A stretch of 64,000 bases of DNA from Minisyncoccota bacterium. GTDB lineage: Bacteria > Patescibacteriota > Minisyncoccia > Phycocordibacterales > JACRKE01. Below the pieces are notes generated by a model. The model saw nothing but the letters and a program-made list of their open reading frames with translations. It ran no database searches and was not told the origin of the DNA. Positions within the stretch are counted from its first letter, which is position 1. Each line of letters starts with the position of its first letter. The DNA lies in contig JBAZWG010000001.1 of the NCBI GenBank assembly GCA_041660505.1, positions 115,979 to 179,978 of the forward strand, read 5' to 3'. A program made the translations under genes and the position numbers. Below, piece after piece: positions 9,300-18,729 of the stretch.

Positions 9300-10229
9300 T
9301 TACTGCCCCTTGGTGGCCTTGTCAACTTGTGGTGAAAAACCTTTATTTAGAGCCAGCTTTATACCATCAAAAGGGGTGACCTTGCCTGTTTTCTTTAAGA
9401 ACCCGGCGAATGAGCCGTTCGTGTCAATAAGCGGGTCGCCGAGCGTTTTTGCCGTAGCATCAAGATTGATACTTGCAACCGGCGATGACGAAGCATTTAT
9501 TACTCGCAAATCCGTTATGCGCCCAACGGCAACAGATGGTGTCTGGCCGCTGGTAAAATCAAGGAGGACCAGTGTTTGCCCGAGCGAGAGACTGCCCGTC
9601 GGGAACGGCGTAGAAGCGAACTTGGTATCAGTCTTGGTCGTCACAATGTCGAGCACAACCAAATTATCTTCGTCGCTTGCCGAAATAAGTTTAGCCTTAC
9701 GCTCGTCTGTCGTACCCTGGATGAGGATGGAAAATTCCTTGCCCACGTCGGTAGCCGACAAGAGTCCCGCGGGTGATGCAATGATTCGCCCCGTGTCGGA
9801 CACTATAAGGCCTGTCAGGAATGTGTCAGCGGGCGTCTCGACAGGAGCGACATCGACAACTGCGACCGAGGCCAGATTTGAAGACGCGGTAGATGTCGCA
9901 ACGGCGGTGGCCACGCCGGGGATGCGAATGCGAACCAATGTCGGTGATGATTTATGAACCGCCTGAATTATCAAATCATCTTCCGAGACAACTACTTGTG
10001 TCGTTGTATTGATCGTCTTGGTCTCGCCGGGGCCGGGGACGACTCTTTCTACTGTCCTCTCAACGACGCGATTGATCTGCTGGGTAACCGACTTGGGAGC
10101 CTGTTCAAGCAGAGTCACGGTCACAATCCCCGTCGCAATGGATGTGACGAAGCTGACGAAGAGCATCAGGAGCACGAGTTGAGTTTTATTGAGTTCTTCC
10201 ATTTGCCGCCAGTATAGCAGAAATTTCAC
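9300..10229 (-). CDS. Membrane-anchored trypsin-like (HtrA/S1C-like) domain protein, possibly catalytically degenerate
   Basis: N-terminal TM (LVLLMLFVSFVTSIATGIV). C-terminal region ends ...GDPLIDTNGSFAGF, resembling the GDSGGPL oxyanion/Ser motif but without the Ser. Confidence 0.45.
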   Translation of the reverse strand: MKFLLYWRQMEELNKTQLVLLMLFVSFVTSIATGIVTVTLLEQAPKSVTQQINRVVERTVERVVPGPGETKTINTTTQVVVSEDDLIIQAVHKSSPTLVRIRIPGVATAVATSTASSNLASVAVVDVAPVETPADTFLTGLIVSDTGRIIASPAGLLSATDVGKEFSILIQGTTDERKAKLISASDEDNLVVLDIVTTKTDTKFASTPFPTGSLSLGQTLVLLDFTSGQTPSVAVGRITDLRVINASSSPVASINLDATAKTLGDPLIDTNGSFAGFLKKTGKVTPFDGIKLALNKGFSPQVDKATKGQ

Positions 10230-11346
10230 TCACAACAATATTTACATTTTTCTTGTCAGTATTCCTGCCGAGGCTAAAGCGGATCGCATGTTTGGCTACC
10301 CCTTCTCCCTTCATATTCGCGATAACTTGCGAAAAAGCCGAGTTGCCGGCCTGCCCGCCATTACTGCGCCCAGGCGCTGGCAGGCGGGCATGACAAGCGC
10401 TCCCGGCGGAGACAGCTATCCCCTTCGCATCAAGTTCCAACACCATTCTGTCGCTCTCGATACTCATGAAAGAGACATTTACAATGTTCGGCAATTGATG
10501 ACCCTTCGATCCATTATACACAAGACCGCCTTGTGTGCTGAGTTCTTTGAGAAAAAAGTGCCGTACTTCTTCCAGCCTTTTTGATTCCTCTTGCCTGTTT
10601 TTCTGAACCTCAAGAAATGCTTCCGCAAATTTAATTTGACCTTCAACATTCTCTGTCCCCGGGCGCAATCCGCGTTCCTGACCGCCGCCAAAAAATAACG
10701 GTTCAATATCCGTTCCGTTTTTTACGAATAAAAGTCCTGTCCCCTTCGGGCCATAAACCTTATGCCCGCTTATGGTCAACAGATCCGCAAAAAATGCATG
10801 TGGCTCTATGGATCTATGCCCCGCGGTTTGACTTGCATCAGTATGGAAGTAAGGATATTCCTTTCTACTTTCCTGCCTGCCGGCAGGCACGGCAACTTTC
10901 AACTTTTTAACTATAATTCCCACTTCGCGGACAGGTTGTAATGTCCCCGTTTCGTTATTCGCGTGCATGAGTGAGACGAGAACTGTTTCAGCCTTTATTA
11001 AAGACTCTAGTTTCGAAATATCAACAATGCCGTCTTCACGAACAGGCAGGTACGAAACTTCCGCGCCTTCGCGTTCGGCCTGCTTCACCGCCTCTAGGAC
11101 TGACGCATGCTCTATATTCGAGGTAATGATATGTGGCTTATTTATCTTCTTTTTTGCGGTGCGGAAAGTGCCCAGGATTGCGAGATTATTCGCCTCCGTC
11201 CCACCGCTTGTGAAGATAAGTTCGTTTGCTTGTGTTGCAAGAGCTTTAGCAAGCTTCTTTCTTGCATTTTCGAATTCACGTCGTAGCGTCACACCGTCCG
11301 CGTGAATCGAGCTCGGATTAGGCTCCGTACCGGCTGCATAATCCAT
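10186..11346 (-). CDS. Cysteine desulfurase (class V aminotransferase, IscS/NifS-like). Likely start is at the internal Met (MDYAAG...)
   Basis: LMHANNETGTLQPVRE, HTDASQTAG, SGHKVYGPKGTGLLF (PLP-Lys) and RPGTENV motifs. Confidence 0.85.
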   Translation of the reverse strand: MDYAAGTEPNPSSIHADGVTLRREFENARKKLAKALATQANELIFTSGGTEANNLAILGTFRTAKKKINKPHIITSNIEHASVLEAVKQAEREGAEVSYLPVREDGIVDISKLESLIKAETVLVSLMHANNETGTLQPVREVGIIVKKLKVAVPAGRQESRKEYPYFHTDASQTAGHRSIEPHAFFADLLTISGHKVYGPKGTGLLFVKNGTDIEPLFFGGGQERGLRPGTENVEGQIKFAEAFLEVQKNRQEESKRLEEVRHFFLKELSTQGGLVYNGSKGHQLPNIVNVSFMSIESDRMVLELDAKGIAVSAGSACHARLPAPGRSNGGQAGNSAFSQVIANMKGEGVAKHAIRFSLGRNTDKKNVNIVVSEISAILAANGRTQ

Positions 11347-11398
11347 GAATATCCTGCGTTGCGAAAAGCGGCCAAATAGCATATACTCTCTATATTAT

Positions 11399-11860
11399 AT
11401 GCAAGACTCCATATTGTACATAGCCCTTGCGGGTCTGGCCTTGTCGCTCATTGCAGTGGGCCTTTTAATACGGCTTGAATTCAAACTCAAGAAGCTTTTC
11501 GCCGGCACAAAAGCCGACACTCTGGAAGATGTTATTGGTGCTCTTCATAAGGAGTTGCGCGCGCAGCAAGAAGCAGCCGGGCAAGCCGATGCTCGCATCG
11601 ATGATTTACACAATAGGGTCAAGCGCAGTGTTCAGTCTATCCGCACCATACGTTTCAACCCCTTTCAAGATTCCGGCAGTAACCAGAGCTTCTCGATGGT
11701 GTTCGCCGACGAGGAGGGCAACGGCGTCGTACTCTCATCTCTTTATGCGCGCGATAGAATGAGCGTCTATGCCAAACCTCTAGAAGAATTTTCTTCGGTA
11801 CACGAGCTTACGGACGAAGAACAGCATGTCATAGATGAGCGCAAAAAATTACATGAATAA
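11399..11860 (+). CDS. DUF4446-family membrane protein
   Basis: N-terminal TM, then RFNPFQDSGSNQSFSMVFADEEGNGVVLSSLYARDRMSVYAKP, which matches the DUF4446 core as I remember it. Confidence 0.45.
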   Translation: MQDSILYIALAGLALSLIAVGLLIRLEFKLKKLFAGTKADTLEDVIGALHKELRAQQEAAGQADARIDDLHNRVKRSVQSIRTIRFNPFQDSGSNQSFSMVFADEEGNGVVLSSLYARDRMSVYAKPLEEFSSVHELTDEEQHVIDERKKLHE

Positions 11861-13361
11861 ATCAGAGACCTCACAAACCATAGAACGTCCACCCGTGATT
11901 GTAATAATGGGCCACATTGACCACGGCAAGTCAACGCTTTTAGACTATGTTCGCAAAAGCAATATCGTTGCCGGCGAGGCGGGCGGCATCACCCAACACA
12001 CCGGTTCGTATGAAGTGATTCACGAAACGCCGAAGGGCGAGAAGAAAAAGATTACCTTCATCGATACGCCGGGCCACGCGGCATTCTCCGAGATGCGCGT
12101 TCGCGGAGCGATCGCCGCCGATATCGCTATATTAATTATTTCCGCAGAAGAAGGCGTAAAGGCTCAAACCCTCGAGGCCCTCAAGGCCATCATGGAGGCG
12201 AAGATCCCCTACATTGTCGCTATCACCAAAATAGACAAGCCGAATGCCAATGTCGACCGCGTCCGCCAGGACTTAGCAACCAATGACGTATATGTAGAAG
12301 GTTACGGCGGCACCATCCCCTGCGTACCAATATCGTCTAAATCAGGTGAAGGCATCCCAGAATTGCTTGATATGATTTTACTTGTTGCAGAGCTTGGAGA
12401 GTTCAAAGCAGATCCTACACTACCCGCCTCTGGTGTTGTGCTAGAAGCAAGCCTTGATGCCAAACGCGGCGCGTCGGCTACTTTGCTCATTCGTGAGGGC
12501 ACGCTTCATCAAGGCGACTTCCTCGCTATCGGCAACGAGGCAACACCGGTGCGCTCGATGCAAGACTTCAATGGCGCTCGAATAGAATCAGCGACAGTTT
12601 GTGCGCCGGTTCAAATCATGGGATTCAAGACGCCGCCGAAAGCAGGTGCCGTGTTTATGGCAGCGAAGTCGAAGAAAGAAGCGGAGGCTTATGCCGAGAC
12701 TCAAGCGAAGGTGGCGGCAACCGCAAGATTAAGCGCAACAGGCGGCGAGTCTGGTGTAGTGCTCCCCATCATCCTTAAGGCAGACTTCCTCGGCACGCTT
12801 GAAGCGATCGAGGGCGAGCTCAAGAAGCTGACGACCCCGGAAGTGACTATCAAGTTAGTTCACACCGGTATCGGTAATGTGAGCGAAGCCGACATGAAGG
12901 TCGCCGAGAGCAGTGAGCACCCGATTATTATCGGCTTCAATGTCAAAGTCGACAACAGCGCGCAAGGTATTGCCGAAAAGATTGGTGTCCAACCTCGATT
13001 GTTCTCGATCATCTACGAGATAACCGACATGCTTAAAGAAGAAATAGCCAAGCTCACACCCAAGGTGGTCGTCGAGCAAGCGGTTGGCAAAGTCAAGATT
13101 CTTAAGACATTCGGCGGGACGAAGGACAAGCAGATTGTCGGCGGAGCGGTAACCGAAGGCATGATCATAGACGGTAAGCAGGTCAAGGTCATCCGCCAGA
13201 ACACCGAAGTCGCCCGCGGACTCATCGTCGGCTTGCAACAGCAGAAGATCAAAGTTAAAGAAGTCCCGGCCGATACCCAGTTCGGCGCCATGATAGAGTG
13301 CAAGCTCGAGATCGCTCCGGGCGATATTTTAGAAGTGTTCGATATCATCGAAAATTCTTAA
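11835..13361 (+). CDS. infB: Translation initiation factor IF-2 (short form)
   Basis: G-domain IMGHIDHGKSTLLD...DTPGHAAF...TKIDK, followed by beta-barrel domains. rbfA is immediately downstream. Confidence 0.9.
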   Translation: MSAKNYMNKSETSQTIERPPVIVIMGHIDHGKSTLLDYVRKSNIVAGEAGGITQHTGSYEVIHETPKGEKKKITFIDTPGHAAFSEMRVRGAIAADIAILIISAEEGVKAQTLEALKAIMEAKIPYIVAITKIDKPNANVDRVRQDLATNDVYVEGYGGTIPCVPISSKSGEGIPELLDMILLVAELGEFKADPTLPASGVVLEASLDAKRGASATLLIREGTLHQGDFLAIGNEATPVRSMQDFNGARIESATVCAPVQIMGFKTPPKAGAVFMAAKSKKEAEAYAETQAKVAATARLSATGGESGVVLPIILKADFLGTLEAIEGELKKLTTPEVTIKLVHTGIGNVSEADMKVAESSEHPIIIGFNVKVDNSAQGIAEKIGVQPRLFSIIYEITDMLKEEIAKLTPKVVVEQAVGKVKILKTFGGTKDKQIVGGAVTEGMIIDGKQVKVIRQNTEVARGLIVGLQQQKIKVKEVPADTQFGAMIECKLEIAPGDILEVFDIIENS

Positions 13362-13383
13362 ATTCTTTAATTCTGTCCAAAAT

Positions 13384-13728
13384 ATGACCTTCCGCAAAGC
13401 ACGAGTACAGGATCAAATGCGCGACTGGTGCGCAGAATATTTTAAAGACCATCCGAGTCCGACAGGTTTGCTGACCTTAACCGGCTTCGACATGTCGCCC
13501 GACATGAAGTATGCCACGATACTTATTTCAGTACTCCCTGAGTCCGCCGAGCAAACAGTGTTTGATTATGCCGTGCGCGAACTCCACAACCTCCGCGAAT
13601 TTGTAAAATCCCAAGCGCACATGCGCGTCTTCCCCTTCTTCAAAATTGAGCTTGATATAGGCGAAAAAAGGCGCCAGGCGTTCGACGAAGTTTTGCGCCA
13701 GGCCAAAGAGGCGGATAAGAACCGATAG
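13384..13728 (+). CDS. rbfA: Ribosome-binding factor A
   Basis: 114 aa directly after infB. Contains KH-like RbfA motif ...LLTLTGFDMSPDMKYATI. Confidence 0.8.
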   Translation: MTFRKARVQDQMRDWCAEYFKDHPSPTGLLTLTGFDMSPDMKYATILISVLPESAEQTVFDYAVRELHNLREFVKSQAHMRVFPFFKIELDIGEKRRQAFDEVLRQAKEADKNR

Positions 13729-13733
13729 ATTTA

Positions 13734-13816
13734 TGCCCGGGGTGGGACTCGGACCCACACGACCTTGCGGTCAAAAGATTTTAAGTCTTTCGCGTATACC
13801 ATTCCGCCACCCGGGC
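13734..13816 (-). tRNA. tRNA-Leu (anticodon TAA), type II
   Basis: Reverse complement gives GCCCGGG...CCCGGGC acceptor, loop CTTAAAA, long variable arm and T-arm GTGGG-TCCGAGT-CCCAC. Confidence 0.85.
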
Positions 13817-13840
13817 AATTCGATTTTCAATACCACACAG

Positions 13841-13936
13841 AGGCCGCGGGGAGAATCGAACTCCCGTATAAAGGTTTTGTCCCCCCTACGGGGGATCTCC
13901 CGCAGGGAGACGGACCTTACCTTTTACTGCCTCGTG
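13841..13936 (-). other. tRNA-like element or degenerate tRNA between tRNA-Cys and tRNA-Leu
   Basis: Reverse complement contains a perfect T-arm (GGGAG-TTCGATT-CTCCC) and two GC hairpins. I could not pair a 7-bp acceptor stem or identify an anticodon arm. It needs tRNAscan or Infernal. Confidence 0.2.
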
Positions 13937-14008
13937 AGGCCTGGGCGGGAATCGAACCCGCGCATAAGAGTTTTGCAGACTCTCGACTTACCACTTGTCT
14001 ACCAGGCC
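13937..14008 (-). tRNA. tRNA-Cys (anticodon GCA)
   Basis: Reverse complement gives GGCCTGG...CCAGGCC acceptor, anticodon stem AGAGT/ACTCT with loop CTGCAAA, and T-arm GCGGG-TTCGATT-CCCGC. Confidence 0.8.
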
Positions 14009-14017
14009 TTTAAATTT

Positions 14018-14272
14018 TCAACAGTACAAATTTCTTAGTATCTCCTTTTGTTGTCCGGTCTTGAGGAACATTTCTCGCCGAAACGCTTCGGCTCTCGTTG
14101 CGTATTCTTCGACTCGCTTAAGTTCCCATGGTTTGTAAAACTGTGTCGATTTAACTTTACCACTATTATGCAGATGAAGTCTATTAGTAACATCCGCTGT
14201 ACTTCCTACATAAAGTCTGTGCTCTTTTTTACTTAACAATACATAGACATAATACATACTTCGCTTTACCAC
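14018..14272 (-). CDS. GIY-YIG nuclease superfamily protein (small, URI-domain only)
   Basis: YYVYVLLS...LYVGSTADVTNRLHLHNSG plus a downstream conserved Arg/Glu. Embedded inside the tRNA cluster. Confidence 0.7.
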   Translation of the reverse strand: MVKRSMYYVYVLLSKKEHRLYVGSTADVTNRLHLHNSGKVKSTQFYKPWELKRVEEYATRAEAFRREMFLKTGQQKEILRNLYC

Positions 14273-14363
14273 TTAGTGTCCCCTCGGGACATCTACCGAA
14301 GGTATGACAACGCGGCCGTAGCGGTTATAGTAGCAGTTTTTCGACACGAAATAAAGCACGATT

Positions 14364-14447
14364 TGGTGGGCGGGAGAGGACTTGAACCTCCATGCCTTGC
14401 GGCACCAGCTCCTAAGGCTGGCGTGTCTGCCATTTCACCACCCGCCC
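14364..14447 (-). tRNA. tRNA-Leu (anticodon TAG), type II, CCA encoded
   Basis: Reverse complement gives GGGCGGG...CCCGCCC-A-CCA, anticodon stem CCAGC/GCTGG with loop CTTAGGA, and a long variable arm. Confidence 0.85.
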
Positions 14448-14464
14448 TGCTTTCGCGAACACTG

Positions 14465-14537
14465 TCCGCCCAGTAGGATTCGAACCTACGACCTTCTCGT
14501 TAAGAGCGAGCAGCTCTACCAACTGAGCTATGGGCGG
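14465..14537 (-). tRNA. tRNA-Lys (anticodon CTT)
   Basis: Reverse complement gives CCGCCCA...TGGGCGG acceptor, D-arm GCTCAGTTGGTAGAGC, loop CTCTTAA and T-arm GTAGG-TTCGAAT-CCTAC. One mismatch at the top of the anticodon stem. Confidence 0.75.
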
Positions 14538-14568
14538 AAATACGTTACGTATTTATACCACAAAAGAG

Positions 14569-15465
14569 CTACAGACTCAAATTCCGGATGACCTCTGCTG
14601 TGATGGTCGTGGTGGCCGCTTCGCTTGTCGCACCATACAATCTTATCTCGTCACCTTCTACGAATCTCTTGAACGAGATCGTGCTTCTATTTTTATTCAA
14701 GAGTTTTGTGTTTCCATCCAGAACGACGTCATATTCTTTTCTATCCAATACCGCCCTGATCTTAGACTGATTTGTTATCGATAATATCTTGCCGGAATAA
14801 TTTCTCGGCTCAAACTGCTTCAGATCGATGAAGACATTCACTGCCGTTGCGGCGAGCGAATTGTCGGCATGATTATATTCGCCGGATACAGAAATAACTT
14901 TGTCTCCAGCTTGCAACCACGGTGTAGTTATTGTAAGCGTTCCTTTATATATCGGCGCGGAGCCCACGTTCACGCGTACCGGGCCATACTTGGTTGAGTA
15001 CAACGTAAAGGCGTTTTGGTCGGCCATGACTGCCCCGATATTTCCCGAGAAAGCGCTCGTCTCTTTAAGCACCATTAGGTCGACGACATTCCTGGCCGCC
15101 ATAGTGAAGGTATTGCCATTAGCCTCAAGTGTGCCGTCTATATTGAGATAGTCACCTTCTTTTAATTCTTTAAGTGTTGTAGCCTCACCGTATCTGCGGT
15201 AGAACTTGGTATCACCATTAGTCTTTATTGTAACCCGCAAGAACATGTCGCCCCAGACAAGCCGGGCAAAGAACGTGGTGCCGGCAAATTGAGCAATCTT
15301 TACATTACGTAAAGTCATCGCTCCATCCCTAGTCACTGTAATCTCCGGCCGCCTATCAGTACCGACTATATTTTGTAAAATAGAAATCTGCGTTGGCGTC
15401 GTTGTATCGACCTGTGCAAATGCAAACGACGGAACAGTGAGTAATACGAGTAAAAGTTTCTTCAT
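14569..15465 (-). CDS. Secreted hypothetical protein (signal peptide, internally repetitive beta-rich)
   Basis: MKKLLLVLLTVPSFAFA signal peptide. About 3 repeats of a ~90-aa module. No catalytic motif. Confidence 0.55.
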   Translation of the reverse strand: MKKLLLVLLTVPSFAFAQVDTTTPTQISILQNIVGTDRRPEITVTRDGAMTLRNVKIAQFAGTTFFARLVWGDMFLRVTIKTNGDTKFYRRYGEATTLKELKEGDYLNIDGTLEANGNTFTMAARNVVDLMVLKETSAFSGNIGAVMADQNAFTLYSTKYGPVRVNVGSAPIYKGTLTITTPWLQAGDKVISVSGEYNHADNSLAATAVNVFIDLKQFEPRNYSGKILSITNQSKIRAVLDRKEYDVVLDGNTKLLNKNRSTISFKRFVEGDEIRLYGATSEAATTTITAEVIRNLSL

Positions 15466-15472
15466 AATTTTT

Positions 15473-17272
15473 TTACATTTTTTCTAAAGTTTCGATTCCT
15501 AACAACTTCAGACCATTTCTAATAACCTGCGCAGTGGCGGCGGCAATCGCAACTCGATGCGGCGATTCTGCATCATCAGCGCTAACAATCTGTGTACTGC
15601 CATAAAAGCTATTGAACTCCTGCGCAAGCTGGAGCAAGTAACTTGCAAGATGGTTCGGTGCATAGTCAAGCCCGGCTCGCTCGATAATTTCTGGATAGCG
15701 CGCGATGAGCCGAGCGAGCGAGCTTCCGGGTAAGGTTTCGCCTTCCCCTACAGGGTAAGGCGAAACCTTACCCGAGATTCCTGCCGACTCGGCCTTTCGC
15801 AATAGTGACTGAATTCGGGCATACACATATTGCAAATACGGCCCAGAGTCCCCTTCGAAACTTAGGGATGTGTCGAAATCAAAAGTCGTGTCGGTCGTCC
15901 TGCCAGTGCGCAGAATGCTATATTTAATAGCACCGAGCGCGATGATTTCCAGGGCTTCGTCCTCATTCTCAAACATAAATTTCTCCGCCGGTATCCTAGC
16001 CTTGAGCTCTTTCTTTGTAAGTTCTATCAAGTCGTCAACATATACAATATTCCCGGTGCGCGAACTCATTTTGCCGGAGCCCTTGATGCTCACCAGGCCG
16101 TATGGCAGATGTGTAAAATCCGAAATCTTACCGATACCAAGTTGCTCGCATATCGCGAACACCTGTCGTAATGCCAGCGACTGCTCCGGCCCAACGACCC
16201 AGAACATTTTATCAGCGCGCGTCTTTTCTTTCTTAAGTTTCGTTAAAGCGATATCTTGCGTAATATATAAAGATGTACCGTCGCGCTTCATTAATATAGT
16301 ATCGGGAATCTTGTACGACTCAAGTTTCGAGAGGACTGCGCCGTCTTCAAGCTTAGTAAACACGCTTTTTGCCAATCCCTCTTCTATGTATTTCTTACCT
16401 TCTGCGTAATGCTCGCTCTCTTTCCAGAAGATATCTACACTGCTTCCAAGTCGCTTCATCGTTGCCATTTGCCCATCAAGCACCCAGCCCACAAGTAATG
16501 ACGTTAGTTCTCGAACATATGGTCCGTCCGCATCCCACGCCAAAGTTAGCTCTCTTACTAGTGCTTCGGTTTCAAGATTTTTGAAATCATCAGTGCCAAG
16601 CGTATAATACTGTTCTACGAAACGATCCGGCTTGATGCCCACAGATTCAGGCGTGAGCCACTCTGATTTATTTTCTGCCCAGCCAGCCACAGTCGCCTTC
16701 GTCTCGTCTTTATCATTTCTGCCAAATTTGAGATAGCCCCAGACAAGCTTCATAATGGCTATCCCTCTGTCATTTAAAACGTAGTCTCGCACAACGTTAA
16801 TACCCATAGCTTGCCACAGATTAGAAACCGCCATACCGGTGATGTTGTTGCGCAAATGGCCAAGGTGTAGCGCCTTCGTCGGATTGGCTGAAGTGTGCTC
16901 GATGAGCCAAGTCTTGCCCTTGCCCCAGTCACTTTTGCCATATGCCTCTTTCTCATCAAGAATAGTCTTCAAACTTCCTGCAAAAAACTCCGGTTTGAGA
17001 AATATATTCACGAATCCAGGCCCAGCCACTTCAGCCTTCGCAACAAGCGCGTGCTTCTCGAGTTCGGCTGCAATCTGCTCGCCGATATCCTTAGGTTTTT
17101 TACCCAGCTCTTTAGAAAGTTGCAAAGCAACGTTGGTCGTGTAATCACCGTGCTCGAAAGATTCCGGGTGCGTCAAGGCAACATTCACCTCCCCATCAAA
17201 TCTAGGGAATATCCTGCGTACAATATCCAGCACCTCCCGCGCGAGTTTTTCTCTAATATTTTCCGTCATCAC
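15473..17272 (-). CDS. argS: Arginine--tRNA ligase ArgS, with an in-frame insertion of a palindromic-repeat pair at 15727-15776
   Basis: HLGHLRNNITG (HIGH-type motif), the DALR anticodon-binding C-terminus and MSSRTG (KMSK-like). The insertion encodes GKVSPYPVGEGETLPGS in the C-terminal domain. Confidence 0.9.
   Translation of the reverse strand: MMTENIREKLAREVLDIVRRIFPRFDGEVNVALTHPESFEHGDYTTNVALQLSKELGKKPKDIGEQIAAELEKHALVAKAEVAGPGFVNIFLKPEFFAGSLKTILDEKEAYGKSDWGKGKTWLIEHTSANPTKALHLGHLRNNITGMAVSNLWQAMGINVVRDYVLNDRGIAIMKLVWGYLKFGRNDKDETKATVAGWAENKSEWLTPESVGIKPDRFVEQYYTLGTDDFKNLETEALVRELTLAWDADGPYVRELTSLLVGWVLDGQMATMKRLGSSVDIFWKESEHYAEGKKYIEEGLAKSVFTKLEDGAVLSKLESYKIPDTILMKRDGTSLYITQDIALTKLKKEKTRADKMFWVVGPEQSLALRQVFAICEQLGIGKISDFTHLPYGLVSIKGSGKMSSRTGNIVYVDDLIELTKKELKARIPAEKFMFENEDEALEIIALGAIKYSILRTGRTTDTTFDFDTSLSFEGDSGPYLQYVYARIQSLLRKAESAGISGKVSPYPVGEGETLPGSSLARLIARYPEIIERAGLDYAPNHLASYLLQLAQEFNSFYGSTQIVSADDAESPHRVAIAAATAQVIRNGLKLLGIETLEKM
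15727..15776. repeat. REP family A, tandem pair of hairpin copies (inside argS)
   Basis: CGGGTAAGGTTTCGCCTTCCCC followed by AGGGTAAGGCGAAACCTTACCCG. Confidence 0.7.
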
Positions 17273-17320
17273 ACCATAGTAGCAATACCGAGGTCAGTTA
17301 TCAAACGTGGATATCAATTC

Positions 17321-17363
17321 GGGGTAAGGTTTCGCCTTACCCCGAAGGGCTAAAGCCCGAAAG
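17321..17363. repeat. REP family A copy (intergenic), followed by a small GGGCTAAAGCCC hairpin
   Basis: GGGGTAAGGTTTCGCCTTACCCCG, a perfect 9-bp stem with TTTCG loop. Confidence 0.7.
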
Positions 17364-17427
17364 AAAATTCAAAAACCCAAAGTATCAAAGGGTCAAAGAT
17401 TCAAAGGAAGGCAAAAAGAATAACGAA

Positions 17428-18591
17428 CTAAGCATCCAACTTGCGGGATCGGAAGACCAGCCTGCTGCCAGCACTCCACCTGCTGTCAGGAGAGGCGTAG
17501 CCGTAGCTGAGCCAGCGCCTGCCACCGTCCGCGCTGACGCTCCAGACGCGCGGATCGTCGCCACGATCGGTAATCTGCTTCATGGCCATATAGAGATATT
17601 CTCCCATAGGTTGGTCGGAATATTGGAGACGCAGGTAAACACCTGCTTCAGCGGGTACGAGCTCGAAACCGAGTTCCGCTGCTCTTGTGTAGATTTCATC
17701 AGTCGTTGCACCGTTCGGGAAGCCCAGAGATTCCACTGAAAAGCTAACCAGATTGTATTGTTCTTGTGTGCCGGTAAACTCTGTTTTTGCGAGCATGTCT
17801 TTGGCGTAGTCGCCGACTTCAAAACCCTTCGCCTTGAGTGCTCGCTTCGCCTCTTCTGCATTTGTGATAGTTGGGTCGCCTTCGACGGTTTTCAGGAATA
17901 TACTTTGGTCGGGGAAGCGTTCATAGGCGTGTTTGATTGATGGTGGAAACTTTGCATATACTTCGGGATTCCACGGGCCGATATAGGCGACGGTTTCTGA
18001 AGTAATGGCACTCGGTTCGTAGGCGATTTGTGCAGGAGTACAGTCAAAGAGTACGGGAAGGTCATCCTTTTGGTTGCGCTTCGCCTGTATTTCTTTGATC
18101 CGCGGGTCGCGGTCGTAGCCAAAACCCTCAATTTTTGACTCGATCTCGTAGAGAAAGATAAGGTCTTCTCGGGGTAAGGTTTCGCCTTCCCCCGCCTTGC
18201 GCTCGATGTCGGTGAGGCGCTTCATGTCTGCAGACTTCTTTTTGTACTTGTCTGCTTCGGGGCCGAAGTCTTTTAGTTTCTCGTCGAGCTTTGGAGCAAT
18301 ATGCGGGTCGAAGTTTTGGTCATGGGCAATACCGCGGATTTCACCGATGTGCTCGCCCTGCATGCGGATAGCTAGGCGTGGGACAATCGCTTCGCCCGCC
18401 TCATTGATTGAGTAGTAGAGGTGCATGTCTCCGCCATCTAGGTAGTTTTGCGCAGTGGTAAGATCGGCGATGCACCATTCTAGCGGGTGGCCTTCTAGAG
18501 ATTGTACCAGCTCTGTTGCATCGCCGCCTTGCTTATAGGTAATCCATTTTCCTCGTGTCTCCTGCAAGCCTTCGGTAGAATACTCCGGCAT
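17428..18591 (-). CDS. Hypothetical protein. This is the C-terminal part of a longer reading frame that continues upstream, in frame, to 19347 across a single TAG
   Basis: No internal stops in 17428..18729. The 138 nt upstream of the annotated ATG also translate cleanly (RLEQKAKPKDERTALKNESIKLSDEEFQALLSTENFSKIYAQFLIE-MPEY...). Contains an in-frame REP copy (GEGETLPRED). Confidence 0.5.
   Translation of the reverse strand: MPEYSTEGLQETRGKWITYKQGGDATELVQSLEGHPLEWCIADLTTAQNYLDGGDMHLYYSINEAGEAIVPRLAIRMQGEHIGEIRGIAHDQNFDPHIAPKLDEKLKDFGPEADKYKKKSADMKRLTDIERKAGEGETLPREDLIFLYEIESKIEGFGYDRDPRIKEIQAKRNQKDDLPVLFDCTPAQIAYEPSAITSETVAYIGPWNPEVYAKFPPSIKHAYERFPDQSIFLKTVEGDPTITNAEEAKRALKAKGFEVGDYAKDMLAKTEFTGTQEQYNLVSFSVESLGFPNGATTDEIYTRAAELGFELVPAEAGVYLRLQYSDQPMGEYLYMAMKQITDRGDDPRVWSVSADGGRRWLSYGYASPDSRWSAGSRLVFRSRKLDA
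18171..18196. repeat. REP family A copy (in-frame inside ORF 17428..18591)
   Basis: GGGGTAAGGTTTCGCCTTCCCCCGCC. Confidence 0.65.
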
Positions 18592-18729
18592 TTCAATCAG
18601 AAATTGCGCGTATATTTTGGAGAAGTTCTCGGTGGAGAGAAGGGCTTGGAACTCCTCATCGGAGAGCTTAATGCTTTCGTTTTTGAGGGCTGTTCGCTCG
18701 TCTTTGGGCTTTGCCTTTTGCTCGAGACG

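Noticed and set aside
13733-14038. Plus-strand ORFs 13733..14038 and 13765..14013 across the tRNA cluster
   Set aside because: They overlap three tRNA genes on the opposite strand. Translations are Pro/Arg/Gly-rich nonsense.
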